The translations under genes were made by a program, and so were the position numbers. Shown in pieces: positions 5,829-13,971 of a stretch of DNA of 14,453 bases. The DNA comes from an uncultured Clostridium sp. (GTDB taxonomy: Bacteria > Bacillota > Clostridia > TANB77 > CAG-508). The DNA lies in NCBI GenBank assembly GCA_964394545.1, contig CAYMXX010000017.1, positions 1-14,453 on the forward strand, in the 5' to 3' direction. The first letter of the stretch is position 1. Each line of letters begins with the position of its first letter. The notes below the pieces were generated by a model. The model saw only the letters and a list, made by a program, of their open reading frames with translations, made no database searches and had not been told where the DNA came from.

Positions 5829-8609
5829 ATGTGCGAAAATTGTGAAAAAAAAGACTATGGGAAAACACTTAATCTACCAAAAACAGATTTTCCTATGAGG
5901 GCAAATCTACCAGAGAGGGAGCCAGAAATAGAAAAAGAAATTTTTGATAACGATTTGTACGAAAAAATGTTAAAGAAAAATGAAGGTCATGAAAGCTTTG
6001 TATTACATGACGGACCTCCATATGCAAATGGAGAAATTCATATAGGGCATGCTTTGAATAAAATATTAAAAGATACTATTGTAAGATATAAAGCATTAAA
6101 AGGATATTATACTCCATATGTTCCTGGTTTTGATACACATGGAATGCCAACAGAAAAAAAGGCTATTGAAAAATTAGGATTAGATAGAGATAAAATTCCA
6201 GTATCTAAATTTAGAGATACTTGTTTAGAATTTACAAGAAATTATAAAGATAAACAAATAGAAGGATTTAAAAGAGTGGGCGTAATAGGAGATTGGAAAG
6301 ATCCATATATTACATATGAACCACGTTCAGAAGCAAGACAACTTGGTGTTTTTTATGACATGTATAAAAAAGGATACCTATATAAAGGGCTAAAACCTGT
6401 ATATTGGTGCACAGATTGTGAAACAGCATTAGCTGAAGCAGAAATTGAATACCAAGATGTTGATACAACGTCAATATTTGTAAAATTTCCAGTAGAAGAT
6501 AGCAAAGGTTTATTCGATAAAGAAAATACATATTTTGTTATTTGGACTACAACACCATGGACTCTTCCAGGAAATGTCGGTATAACAATAGGTGGAGAAT
6601 TTGAATATTCAATTGTAAAAACAAATCAAGGAAACTTAATTATGGCAACAGCTTTAGTTGATGACGTAATGAAAGAAGCAAAAATAGAAGAATATGAAAC
6701 TATTAAAACTTTAAATGGATTAGATTTAGAAGGAGTTCTTTGTAAACATCCATTCTTAGATAGAACTTCTAGAGTAGTTTTAGGAAGCGACGATACAATA
6801 GTTGTAGAACTTGGAACAGGTACTGGTGCAGTACATACAGCTCCTGGATATGGTAAAGAAGACTATTTGTGTGGATTAAAAAATGGTTTAGAAATAGTTG
6901 TAACTGTTGATGGAAAAGGATATCAAACAGAAGGTGCAGGAATATTTGCAGGGCTAAAATATGATGAATCTAATGATAAAATAATAAAATGGTTAGAAGA
7001 AAATAAATTTTTACTAAAAAAACAAAAAATAAATCACTCATATCCACATTGTTGGAGATGCAAAAATCCAATAATTTTTAGAGCAACAGAGCAATGGTTC
7101 TGCTCAGTAGATAAATTTAAAGATGAAGCTATAAAAGCAGCAGAAAGTGTAAAATGGATTCCAGGTTGGGGAGCAGATCGAATTTCTAATATGATAAAAG
7201 AAAGAGCAGATTGGTGTATATCTAGACAACGTACATGGGGAGTTCCACTTCCAATATATTATTGTAAAGAATGTGGTAAAGAATATATAACAGAAGAATC
7301 TATAGAAAAATTAACAGAAATATTTAAAGAAAAAGGTTCAAATGCTTGGTGGGATTTAGAAGCTAAAGAACTAATGCCAGAAGGTGCAAAATGTAGTGAA
7401 TGTGGATGCACAGAATTTGTAAAAGAAAAAGATATAATGGACGTATGGTTTGATTCTGGCTCAACACATCAAAGTGTATTAGTAGACAGAGGACTTCCAT
7501 ATCCAGCAGATTTATATTTAGAAGGCGCAGACCAATATAGAGGATGGTTCCAATCTTCATTATTAACATCTGTTGCAACAAATGGAATAGCACCATTTAA
7601 ACAAGTTCTAACACACGGTTGGACAGTTGATGGGCAAGGTAAAAAAATGTCTAAAAGTATTGGAAATGTAATACCTCCACAAGCAGTTATAAAAGAATAT
7701 GGAGCAGATATATTAAGACTTTGGGTACTTTCTTCAGATTATCAATCAGATGTAAGTTTATCTAAAGATATATTAAAACAAATAACAGAAGTTTATAGAA
7801 AAATGAGAAATACAGCAAGATATATCCTAGGAAATACTTCAGACTTTAATCCAGATAAAGATATGGTAGAATATGAAGATTTAGAAGAAATAGACAAATA
7901 TGCATTACTAAAACTAAATGATTTAATAAAAAAATGTACAGAAAGCTATGAAAATTATGATTTCCATGAAGCATATCAAGCAATAAATGTATTTTGTGTT
8001 ATAGATATGAGTAGTTTTTATTTAGACATAATAAAAGATAGATTATACAGCTCAAAAGTAGATGCAAAAGAAAGAAGAGCAGCTCAAACAACAATGTATT
8101 TAATATTAAAATCATTAGTTACAATACTTGCACCACTTACTTGCTTTACAGCAGAAGAAATATGGAAATATATGCCTAAATCTAAAAATGCTAATGTAGA
8201 AAGCGTAATGCTTACAGACTATCCAGTATTTAATGAAAAATACGAAAATGCAGAATTAAGAGCAAAATGGGAAAAAATAGTTAATATAAAAGAAATAGTT
8301 TCTAAAAAACTAGAAGAAGCAAGAGCAGAAAAAGTAATAGGACATTCATTAAATGCTAAAGTTACACTTTATGCAGAAGGAGATTTATATAACTTTATAA
8401 AAGACAATTCAAAATTACTACAAAGTGTATTTATAACATCTGGAGTAGCAATAGAAGAAAATCAAAGAACAAACGAAGAAAAATTAGGAGTTAAAGTAGA
8501 ACAAGCAGAAGGAGAAAAATGCGAAAGATGCTGGATGTATTCAACAACAGTAGGAGAAGACAAAGAAAATCCTACAATTTGTCATAGATGCAGTGAAGTT
8601 TTAAAATAA
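5829..8609 (+). CDS. ileS: Isoleucine--tRNA ligase (bacterial type 1, C-terminal zinc-finger form)
   Basis: HIGH motif PPYANGEIHIGHALN, KMSKS motif GKKMSKS, a CP1 editing-domain region, and C-terminal CERC...CHRC. I place the start at ATG 5829, with RBS gaaagggg at 5813-5820. The track start at 5787 lies inside the 3' arm of the T-box terminator. Confidence 0.95.
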   Translation: MCENCEKKDYGKTLNLPKTDFPMRANLPEREPEIEKEIFDNDLYEKMLKKNEGHESFVLHDGPPYANGEIHIGHALNKILKDTIVRYKALKGYYTPYVPGFDTHGMPTEKKAIEKLGLDRDKIPVSKFRDTCLEFTRNYKDKQIEGFKRVGVIGDWKDPYITYEPRSEARQLGVFYDMYKKGYLYKGLKPVYWCTDCETALAEAEIEYQDVDTTSIFVKFPVEDSKGLFDKENTYFVIWTTTPWTLPGNVGITIGGEFEYSIVKTNQGNLIMATALVDDVMKEAKIEEYETIKTLNGLDLEGVLCKHPFLDRTSRVVLGSDDTIVVELGTGTGAVHTAPGYGKEDYLCGLKNGLEIVVTVDGKGYQTEGAGIFAGLKYDESNDKIIKWLEENKFLLKKQKINHSYPHCWRCKNPIIFRATEQWFCSVDKFKDEAIKAAESVKWIPGWGADRISNMIKERADWCISRQRTWGVPLPIYYCKECGKEYITEESIEKLTEIFKEKGSNAWWDLEAKELMPEGAKCSECGCTEFVKEKDIMDVWFDSGSTHQSVLVDRGLPYPADLYLEGADQYRGWFQSSLLTSVATNGIAPFKQVLTHGWTVDGQGKKMSKSIGNVIPPQAVIKEYGADILRLWVLSSDYQSDVSLSKDILKQITEVYRKMRNTARYILGNTSDFNPDKDMVEYEDLEEIDKYALLKLNDLIKKCTESYENYDFHEAYQAINVFCVIDMSSFYLDIIKDRLYSSKVDAKERRAAQTTMYLILKSLVTILAPLTCFTAEEIWKYMPKSKNANVESVMLTDYPVFNEKYENAELRAKWEKIVNIKEIVSKKLEEARAEKVIGHSLNAKVTLYAEGDLYNFIKDNSKLLQSVFITSGVAIEENQRTNEEKLGVKVEQAEGEKCERCWMYSTTVGEDKENPTICHRCSEVLK

Positions 8610-8619
8610 ATTTTATAAT

Positions 8620-8653
8620 AAAAAAGTTTCCAATTTAAATTGGAAACTTTTTT
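8620..8653. terminator. Bidirectional rho-independent terminator shared by convergent ileS and the DnaC/DnaI-like gene
   Basis: A perfect palindrome pairs gtttccaa (8626-8633) with ttggaaac (8640-8647) around the loop tttaaa. An A-run lies on one side and a T-run on the other. Confidence 0.8.
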
Positions 8654-8667
8654 AAACATAACTAACA

Positions 8668-9666
8668 TTATTTTTTTAACCTTATATCATCACCGTAGAA
8701 TCTATATATATCATAATAACCAACAAATCTAGAAACTAAGCGTTCATCATAAGTTTGGAACAATCCACGTAAATCTAAATTTGTTGAAATAATAGTTTTT
8801 AAAGATTTTCCATTTTGATTTAAAAGTCTAGTGTTAATTATTTTGTAAAGTTCTGTAAATTTCATACTATTCATTGTTTCTGTTCCTAAATCATCAATTA
8901 CAAGTAAATCAACTGTTAATAAATTTTTTGAAATTCCTGTTTGATTTTCTGGTTTTGCAAACAAATCAGAAATTAAATTTTCAAGCATAACTGGTGCAGT
9001 TTGGTACATTACAGTTTTTCCTTGCTTTAATAATTCATTTACTATGCAATTTGAAAGAAATGTTTTTCCAAGACCAGTTCCACCTGTAAACAATAAATTT
9101 TTTGTTTCTTCATTTTCAAAATTTTCTATAAAATATTCAGAAGCTTTTTTTATATCAATAATATTTTCTCTAGGAGAAATATTTGAATTATATTTTTTTT
9201 CATCTATTTTATCTGAATATAAATTAATATTAAAATTACTAAAAGTTTGATTAGCAATATTATTTATATTTTTTTGATTATATTCTATGTTATATATTTC
9301 TTGCTTTAAACAATTACACATTGTAGATTTACCATTTTCAAATATATATCCAGTATCCTGACAATATTTACAATCATATTGTGGTAATAAATAATCTTCA
9401 GAAATATTAAGAGATTTTAATATTTCTAATTTTTCTTTTTTTATATTTTCTATGTCTTTTTTTAAAATTTTTAAAGATTCCTTTGAATTGCTTTTTAATA
9501 TTAATTTTGCAGTATTTATTGAAATTCCACTCAATTTATTATCAAGTTCTTGTAATTTTGGATTTGATAAATATAATTCTTTTTTACGATTTTCTGCATC
9601 ACGAATAGAAGAAAGTCTTTTTAGTTCATAATTTTTTAGCAGTTCATTTAAAATATAAGTATTCAT
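8668..9666 (-). CDS. DnaC/DnaI-like replicative helicase loader (AAA+, IstB-like) with N-terminal Cys4 motif
   Basis: Walker A is LLFTGGTGLGKTF and Walker B is LLVIDDLGTE, and VSR is present in the C-terminal region. The N-terminal part is coiled-coil-like, followed by CKYC...CNC (nt ~9310-9372). RBS aggagg precedes ATG 9666. Confidence 0.8.
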   Translation of the reverse strand: MNTYILNELLKNYELKRLSSIRDAENRKKELYLSNPKLQELDNKLSGISINTAKLILKSNSKESLKILKKDIENIKKEKLEILKSLNISEDYLLPQYDCKYCQDTGYIFENGKSTMCNCLKQEIYNIEYNQKNINNIANQTFSNFNINLYSDKIDEKKYNSNISPRENIIDIKKASEYFIENFENEETKNLLFTGGTGLGKTFLSNCIVNELLKQGKTVMYQTAPVMLENLISDLFAKPENQTGISKNLLTVDLLVIDDLGTETMNSMKFTELYKIINTRLLNQNGKSLKTIISTNLDLRGLFQTYDERLVSRFVGYYDIYRFYGDDIRLKK

Positions 9667-9675
9667 CTTTTCCTC

Positions 9676-10647
9676 CTAATTTATTTTTTTGTTTGCATAC
9701 AAATCATCTAAACTATCATAATTTCTTTGCTCATAATTATTATAATTTGTTTTCTTTTCCAATTCTTTAATATTTTTTTTCTTTTGTTTCATTTGAGCTA
9801 GAAAATCATTTACTTGCTCAGCTGTTTTTAAATTTCTATCATGCCAATCAGAAATTAATTTATCTAAATAATCAAAACTAGGATTTGCCTTAGAAGTAGT
9901 CTTCTTTAAAGCAATATTAATTACACTCAAATCATAATTAAAATCTACAACCCACTTTTCTATAAATGCTTCCTCAAATTGTGTAAGAGGAGTATATCTT
10001 CCTAATTTTTTGCTTATTTCCTTTTTTATTTTATTTAATTTTTCAAATCTTTGAGAATAAACTTCATAATCTTCATATGTTTTAATATTATTCTTACTCC
10101 AAGCATCTGCAACTGCTACAACATAGTTTTTATGAAGAGCAGATTTACTAAAACAATATTGAAATAGTTGAATCATAACCTGTTCATCAAAACCATATTT
10201 TTTGAACCATAAATCTATATCACTATACCATGCAGGAGACATTATCCCTTGAAAATACATGTTATTAATACACTCAATAGCTTGGGCTCTATATTTATTA
10301 TCACTATTCTTCTTAACATCTTCAGCAGATAGAGTAAGATTAGGTGAATATAATTTATGAAGTTCTATTTCTTGTAAATTATTTAAAATATATCCGTCTA
10401 CCTTTTTGGTTAAAACTCCTTGAGCTTCCCAAAAAATTAGAGCTTCTTTTATTGTTGGTAAAGAAATATCTAATTTTTTAGATAAATCATTTAAATTAAT
10501 ATCTTTATCATATTTGCTTAAAAAAACCAAACATAAATAAACCTTAATAAAATCACCATTTGCCTGTGACATATATTCGGTAAAAAATACATCTGGAATT
10601 TCTGTTGAAGAAAAAAGCATTGAGCTGGAATTTTTTTCAAGTTTCAT
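9676..10647 (-). CDS. DnaD-domain / DnaB(Bsu)-like replication initiation and membrane attachment protein
   Basis: The N-terminus is winged-helix-like. Two DnaD-type C-terminal repeats are visible (YVVAVADAWSKNNIKTYED and YLDKLISDWHDRNLKTAEQVNDFL). It lies immediately upstream of the loader gene, 9 nt apart, as in the Clostridial chromosomal pairs I recall. RBS aagggag is present. Confidence 0.7.
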   Translation of the reverse strand: MKLEKNSSSMLFSSTEIPDVFFTEYMSQANGDFIKVYLCLVFLSKYDKDINLNDLSKKLDISLPTIKEALIFWEAQGVLTKKVDGYILNNLQEIELHKLYSPNLTLSAEDVKKNSDNKYRAQAIECINNMYFQGIMSPAWYSDIDLWFKKYGFDEQVMIQLFQYCFSKSALHKNYVVAVADAWSKNNIKTYEDYEVYSQRFEKLNKIKKEISKKLGRYTPLTQFEEAFIEKWVVDFNYDLSVINIALKKTTSKANPSFDYLDKLISDWHDRNLKTAEQVNDFLAQMKQKKKNIKELEKKTNYNNYEQRNYDSLDDLYANKKIN

Positions 10648-10675
10648 AATATTACTCCCTTAATTTAATATAAAA

Positions 10676-10704
10676 ATTATATCATTTTAAAGGAAGTATT
10701 ACAA
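10676..10704 (-). promoter_or_regulatory. Promoter of the dnaD-like/dnaC-like operon (TTGTAA - 17 nt - TGaTATAAT, minus strand)
   Basis: On the minus strand, the -35 TTGTAA is at 10704-10699, followed by a 17-nt spacer ending in TGA, and the -10 TATAAT is at 10681-10676. It lies between the stop of the VirB3-like gene (10716) and ATG 10647. Confidence 0.55.
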
Positions 10705-10715
10705 GAAGTAAATAA

Positions 10716-11000
10716 TTAATCTTTTCTGTAAAAATACAATTTTTTATTAAATACAAATTTCAACAGATAAAAAAGCACATAAACAATGTTTTCATGATTA
10801 AAACCTATAATGCTAAATAAAAATAAAGGAAAACAAAAAATTATAAAACCAGAAATAATAATATTAATATTTGAGAAAAATAAATTTAATAAGCAATAAA
10901 TAAAAGCATCCCAAATAATATTTAAAAACAAAGTAGAAACATCAATAATACCTAAAATTTTATTTTTAAAAGCAAAATTCTGTGGAAAAATAAATTTCAA
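10716..11000 (-). CDS. Small two-TM membrane protein in the VirB3/PrgI/TcpE position
   Basis: TTG start at 11000 has a perfect AGGAGG 6 nt upstream, inside the end of the preceding gene. The 94-aa protein has two long hydrophobic segments and a basic C-terminal tail. The position after the VirB6-like gene is typical of the small membrane protein that precedes virB4 in Gram-positive T4SS loci. Confidence 0.5.
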   Translation of the reverse strand: MKFIFPQNFAFKNKILGIIDVSTLFLNIIWDAFIYCLLNLFFSNINIIISGFIIFCFPLFLFSIIGFNHENIVYVLFYLLKFVFNKKLYFYRKD

Positions 11001-11002
11001 AA

Positions 11003-11902
11003 TTAACCTCCTTTAATAAAAGAACTAATGCTACTAATTCCTAAATTTATATCAGTAGAAAGTCCACCCATAAAATCTTTAATAAAAGTATTTGCTTTAA
11101 TAAGTGCATATACTGCACCAATATAAATTAATTTTGAAGATATATCAGTAGAATTTGTATTTATTGAAAATACAATTAGTAAAATAATAGAAACAAAAAC
11201 TTGTAGTAAAAGTAAAGATAAAAGAATTTTAAACCAAGATTTAAAAATCCATGAAGTGTTTGGAGTTATTAAACATAGAAATGAAAAAGGAGTAAGCAAA
11301 ATAAAAACTTTTAACATAATAAATCGTAAGGAATAAGAAAGAGCCAAATTGAAAAAACTTAATGATATAAATCCTTTAATTAAACCATCTATAGAAAACA
11401 TGGTAAAACTAGACTGTGCATTCATATATATTGTTGAATTGAGTTCTTGTATAAAAGTGGAAAGGCAAATACTCTTATTAAAGACATTCTCACCAACTTC
11501 CCTTATTGCAAGAGAAACATTTGAAGCAATTAATATTATTTGTTGAATTAAGAAATATGAAAAATTAATAGAAATCGCACAAAAAAACAATTTAAAAACA
11601 AATTGTGAAGGCTTTTGTACTTGTGAAAAAGTAATGTGAGATAAGAGTAAAGAACAAACATAGTAAAGCGAGATTCCTATAATTAAGGAATTACATATTA
11701 AAATTAATCCAGAAGAAGAATTTGTTCCAAAAAATTTTTCCATATAAGTATCATCAAAAATATCCAAATTAATAAAGAGTAAATCATCTAAAACAGAATA
11801 TAGGCTATTATCAACAGAAGAAAATAAATTGTAAAATAAATTATTAATGGTTTCTGTTATTGTTTGAACAATATTTACACCGTGTAGATTCCAAAACATC
11901 AC
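11003..11902 (-). CDS. VirB6/TrbL-like polytopic membrane protein
   Basis: The 299-aa protein has at least five or six hydrophobic helices spread over its length. It sits in tight operon spacing after the pilin-like gene. The start is ambiguous (GTG 11902 or ATG 11899) and lies directly after AAGGGG and the upstream stop. The family call is based on topology and context only. Confidence 0.5.
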   Translation of the reverse strand: MMFWNLHGVNIVQTITETINNLFYNLFSSVDNSLYSVLDDLLFINLDIFDDTYMEKFFGTNSSSGLILICNSLIIGISLYYVCSLLLSHITFSQVQKPSQFVFKLFFCAISINFSYFLIQQIILIASNVSLAIREVGENVFNKSICLSTFIQELNSTIYMNAQSSFTMFSIDGLIKGFISLSFFNLALSYSLRFIMLKVFILLTPFSFLCLITPNTSWIFKSWFKILLSLLLLQVFVSIILLIVFSINTNSTDISSKLIYIGAVYALIKANTFIKDFMGGLSTDINLGISSISSFIKGG

Positions 11903-11905
11903 CCC

Positions 11906-12235
11906 TTAAGCTACTAAAACTTGAATAGTAGAAAGAATTAGATCAATGGCTAAAATAAAAGCATAAGAGAAAAGACTTCCCCTAATTACTTTTTTTCCAA
12001 GTCGAATTCTTTCTTCATCACCAAAACTAAACTTTTTCATAAAAACACCAGTTCCAACAGCCACTGCAGCAGCAGGTGTAGAGGCTTTTAAAATCCAACT
12101 TTCAATAGTTTCAAAACCTTTAACTATTTTGGTAACCAATTTAGGATAAGCTGCAAAAGTATCAGTTGGCAAAAATATTAAAAATAAAAAAATAATAAAA
12201 ATAAAATAAATAATAAATAAAAAATTTTTTTTCAT
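11906..12235 (-). CDS. VirB2/TrbC-like small secreted membrane protein (pilin-like topology)
   Basis: It has a signal peptide MKKNFLFIIYFIFIIFLFLIFLPTDTFA/AY. Then come two hydrophobic helices (STPAAAVAVGTGVFM and LFSYAFILAIDLILSTIQVLVA) separated by a charged loop. RBS aaaggtga is present. The 109-aa length is typical of the family. Confidence 0.5.
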   Translation of the reverse strand: MKKNFLFIIYFIFIIFLFLIFLPTDTFAAYPKLVTKIVKGFETIESWILKASTPAAAVAVGTGVFMKKFSFGDEERIRLGKKVIRGSLFSYAFILAIDLILSTIQVLVA

Positions 12236-12247
12236 AAAATCACCTTT

Positions 12248-12895
12248 CTATATAATTTTGTTATTTGAAGAAACTTTTTTATCCATTACTTCCAAAAAAG
12301 AAGGGAACAAGTCTACTTTACAAGCAGGAAGTATTTGAGTTCCATCGGATAAAAAAGCAAGACAAGAAAATGTTTTTAAATTTTGAGTAAAAAAATTTGT
12401 GTCATATACAAAATCAGTATGAACTTGAGTGGAAATACTTTCAGAAATATTTGATTTTTTAGATTCAAGAGAATTAGTAAAATAATTATAATTTGTTTCT
12501 CCTGCATTTTCGGAGATGTTTTTTGAATATTTAATTTTATCCTCTTTACCAATTTGTTTTTGAGCAGATTCTATTGTAAAAATGTCATCAGTGCGAAGCC
12601 ATAATTTATTTACTAAATTTTGGACAATTACTTTTACAGAAGACTCATCCTTTAACGTATTTAAAAGAGAAGTATAACTTTGAGTAGCAACTATATTTAT
12701 ACATTTTGCTTCTCTACTTTGTGCAAAAAAATCACTATCAGATAGAGTTACATATTCGTGATATTCATCACACATAAAAACAGTAGGATAAATATTTTTC
12801 TTGTTAGATAATTGCATAAGAACCTCTGACTGAAAGTCCAATTTTAAATATGCTGCAATAATTTTAGAGAGATTTTTATATTTGGCAATGTTCAT
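12248..12895 (-). CDS. T4CP fragment 3: Walker B and TraD/TraG C-terminal region
   Basis: The frame is open upstream of ATG 12895 (…FLGFESLIKGKNIVVLNMNIAKY), so it continues fragment 2. It contains VFMCDEYHEY and IVATQSYTSLLNTL. Confidence 0.65.
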   Translation of the reverse strand: MNIAKYKNLSKIIAAYLKLDFQSEVLMQLSNKKNIYPTVFMCDEYHEYVTLSDSDFFAQSREAKCINIVATQSYTSLLNTLKDESSVKVIVQNLVNKLWLRTDDIFTIESAQKQIGKEDKIKYSKNISENAGETNYNYFTNSLESKKSNISESISTQVHTDFVYDTNFFTQNLKTFSCLAFLSDGTQILPACKVDLFPSFLEVMDKKVSSNNKII

Positions 12896-12932
12896 ATTAA
12901 GAACAACAATATTTTTTCCTTTAATTAATGAC

Positions 12933-13577
12933 TCAAATCCGAGAAAAATTAATTTCCTCTTTAGAAGGACAAAATGTATTTAAAATATCATAATCAGAGA
13001 CAAAAGTATTTGTAATTCTTGTAATTTCAGACTTTATAATTGAAAGAGTTCTTGAATCCAAATGTTTAAATTCATTTTCAAAAAAGTTTAAAGAAGAATA
13101 TAAATCATAAATTTTTTCGCGTGAAAGAGTTCCGGATTGAAAAGCTTTTCTTAATAGCTCAATTTTAGTTTGAAAATAATTATCATAATTTATTAAATTA
13201 TGAAGTTCTAAAAAAGTAACGTATCCATTATTATATAATCTACACAATTTAATTGCCTCGGTAATAACTTGCTCAGATTTATCAAGCCAATAAGAGTCAG
13301 AGTTGTTAGAAGAAAATAATTCTAAAATAGTCTTTAATCTGTTTGCGAGAACAGAAGGTTTAAGATTTGGTTTGTCTAAAGGATTGTACTTTATTTTAGA
13401 GTTAAGCTCAACTACAATCAAAAAATCTAACCTATCATACATTTTTGCATATTTCTTTACTATTTTATGAAAGTTGCCTTTTACATCTAAAATTAGCATA
13501 CCAAGTTTTGGAGTTTCCTGCTTAATAAATTGATTAAGAAAAGGTTCCATTACAGAGCTAGTTTTGCCGAGAACCAA
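12933..13577 (-). CDS. T4CP fragment 2: remainder of the P-loop (GKTS) and the all-alpha/NBD middle region
   Basis: The frame opens within the Walker A with LGKTSSVMEPF. The TTG at 13577 is probably not a real start. It ends at TGA 12933-12935 after the T5 run. Confidence 0.65.
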   Translation of the reverse strand: MVLGKTSSVMEPFLNQFIKQETPKLGMLILDVKGNFHKIVKKYAKMYDRLDFLIVVELNSKIKYNPLDKPNLKPSVLANRLKTILELFSSNNSDSYWLDKSEQVITEAIKLCRLYNNGYVTFLELHNLINYDNYFQTKIELLRKAFQSGTLSREKIYDLYSSLNFFENEFKHLDSRTLSIIKSEITRITNTFVSDYDILNTFCPSKEEINFSRI

Positions 13578-13971
13578 TAGTTCCAGTTACTAAAACATTT
13601 TGATAAAGAGATTTTTCAGGGATATATATTTTTTCTCCTGTACTGGAATTTTTTCCAAGCAATAAATCAAAATTTGAATGTAAAATAGTTGAATTAATTT
13701 TTTTAGGTATATGCTTTGGTATTTTTAAATTAAAAAATATAAAGTTAAAAAAAGAATTTAAAAGTACGTAGGTAGATATAAAAAACGTTATATAATAAAT
13801 TAATTTAATATAATACCAAGCAGTAGGGTATGTAGTTACAATATCAAATGGATTAATTGCATAAGGAAAAATTAAAGTAGATGAATTAAAAATTGGGTAG
13901 AATAAATATTTCATAAAGCAAAAAAACAAAAGAGAGAGAAAAAGGCAAAAAAGTTTAGTATGTTTTTTCAA
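13558..13971 (-). CDS. T4CP fragment 1: N-terminal membrane anchor up to the broken Walker A
   Basis: TTG start at 13971 has GGAGG 5 nt upstream. Hydrophobic helices are followed by VLVTGTIGS, then an out-of-frame RQN*. Confidence 0.7.
   Translation of the reverse strand: MKKHTKLFCLFLSLLFFCFMKYLFYPIFNSSTLIFPYAINPFDIVTTYPTAWYYIKLIYYITFFISTYVLLNSFFNFIFFNLKIPKHIPKKINSTILHSNFDLLLGKNSSTGEKIYIPEKSLYQNVLVTGTIGSRQN

Larger units (their letters stand above)
12248..13971 (-). pseudogene. VirD4/TraG/TraD-family type IV coupling protein, disrupted by two frameshifts
   Basis: Three consecutive ORFs together make one T4CP. The N-terminal TM region ends VLVTGTIGSRQN*, and the next frame continues GKTSSVMEPF, which gives Walker A GTIGSGKTS if one base near 13569 is removed. 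LILDVKGNF is DpKGE-like. The second break is at the T5 run (plus-strand A5, 12944-12948), joining ..EEINF to LGFESLIKGKNIVVLNMN.. The remainder has Walker B VFMCDEYHEY and SREAKCINIVATQSYTSL (TraD/TraG C-terminal motif). Confidence 0.75.

Noticed and set aside
6310-7596. Minus-strand ORFs inside ileS (6310-6531, 7363-7596)
   Set aside because: They are antisense to a motif-complete ileS and have no supporting signals.
3059-8609. Idea that gyrA and ileS are mobile resistance determinants (quinolone-insensitive gyrase, mupA-like IleRS)
   Set aside because: The QRDR shows the sensitive-type Ser and Asp. The ileS is a standard type 1 enzyme under a canonical Ile T-box, with housekeeping-like composition. 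Nothing in the sequence indicates a resistance allele. Copy number in the whole genome would be needed to revisit this.
9044-9250. Plus-strand 68-aa ORF inside the DnaC/DnaI-like gene
   Set aside because: It is antisense to the Walker A region of a well-supported gene. It has no RBS.
11349-11546. Plus-strand 65-aa ORF inside the VirB6-like gene
   Set aside because: It is an antisense shadow ORF with no RBS and no motif. The minus-strand gene fits the operon structure.
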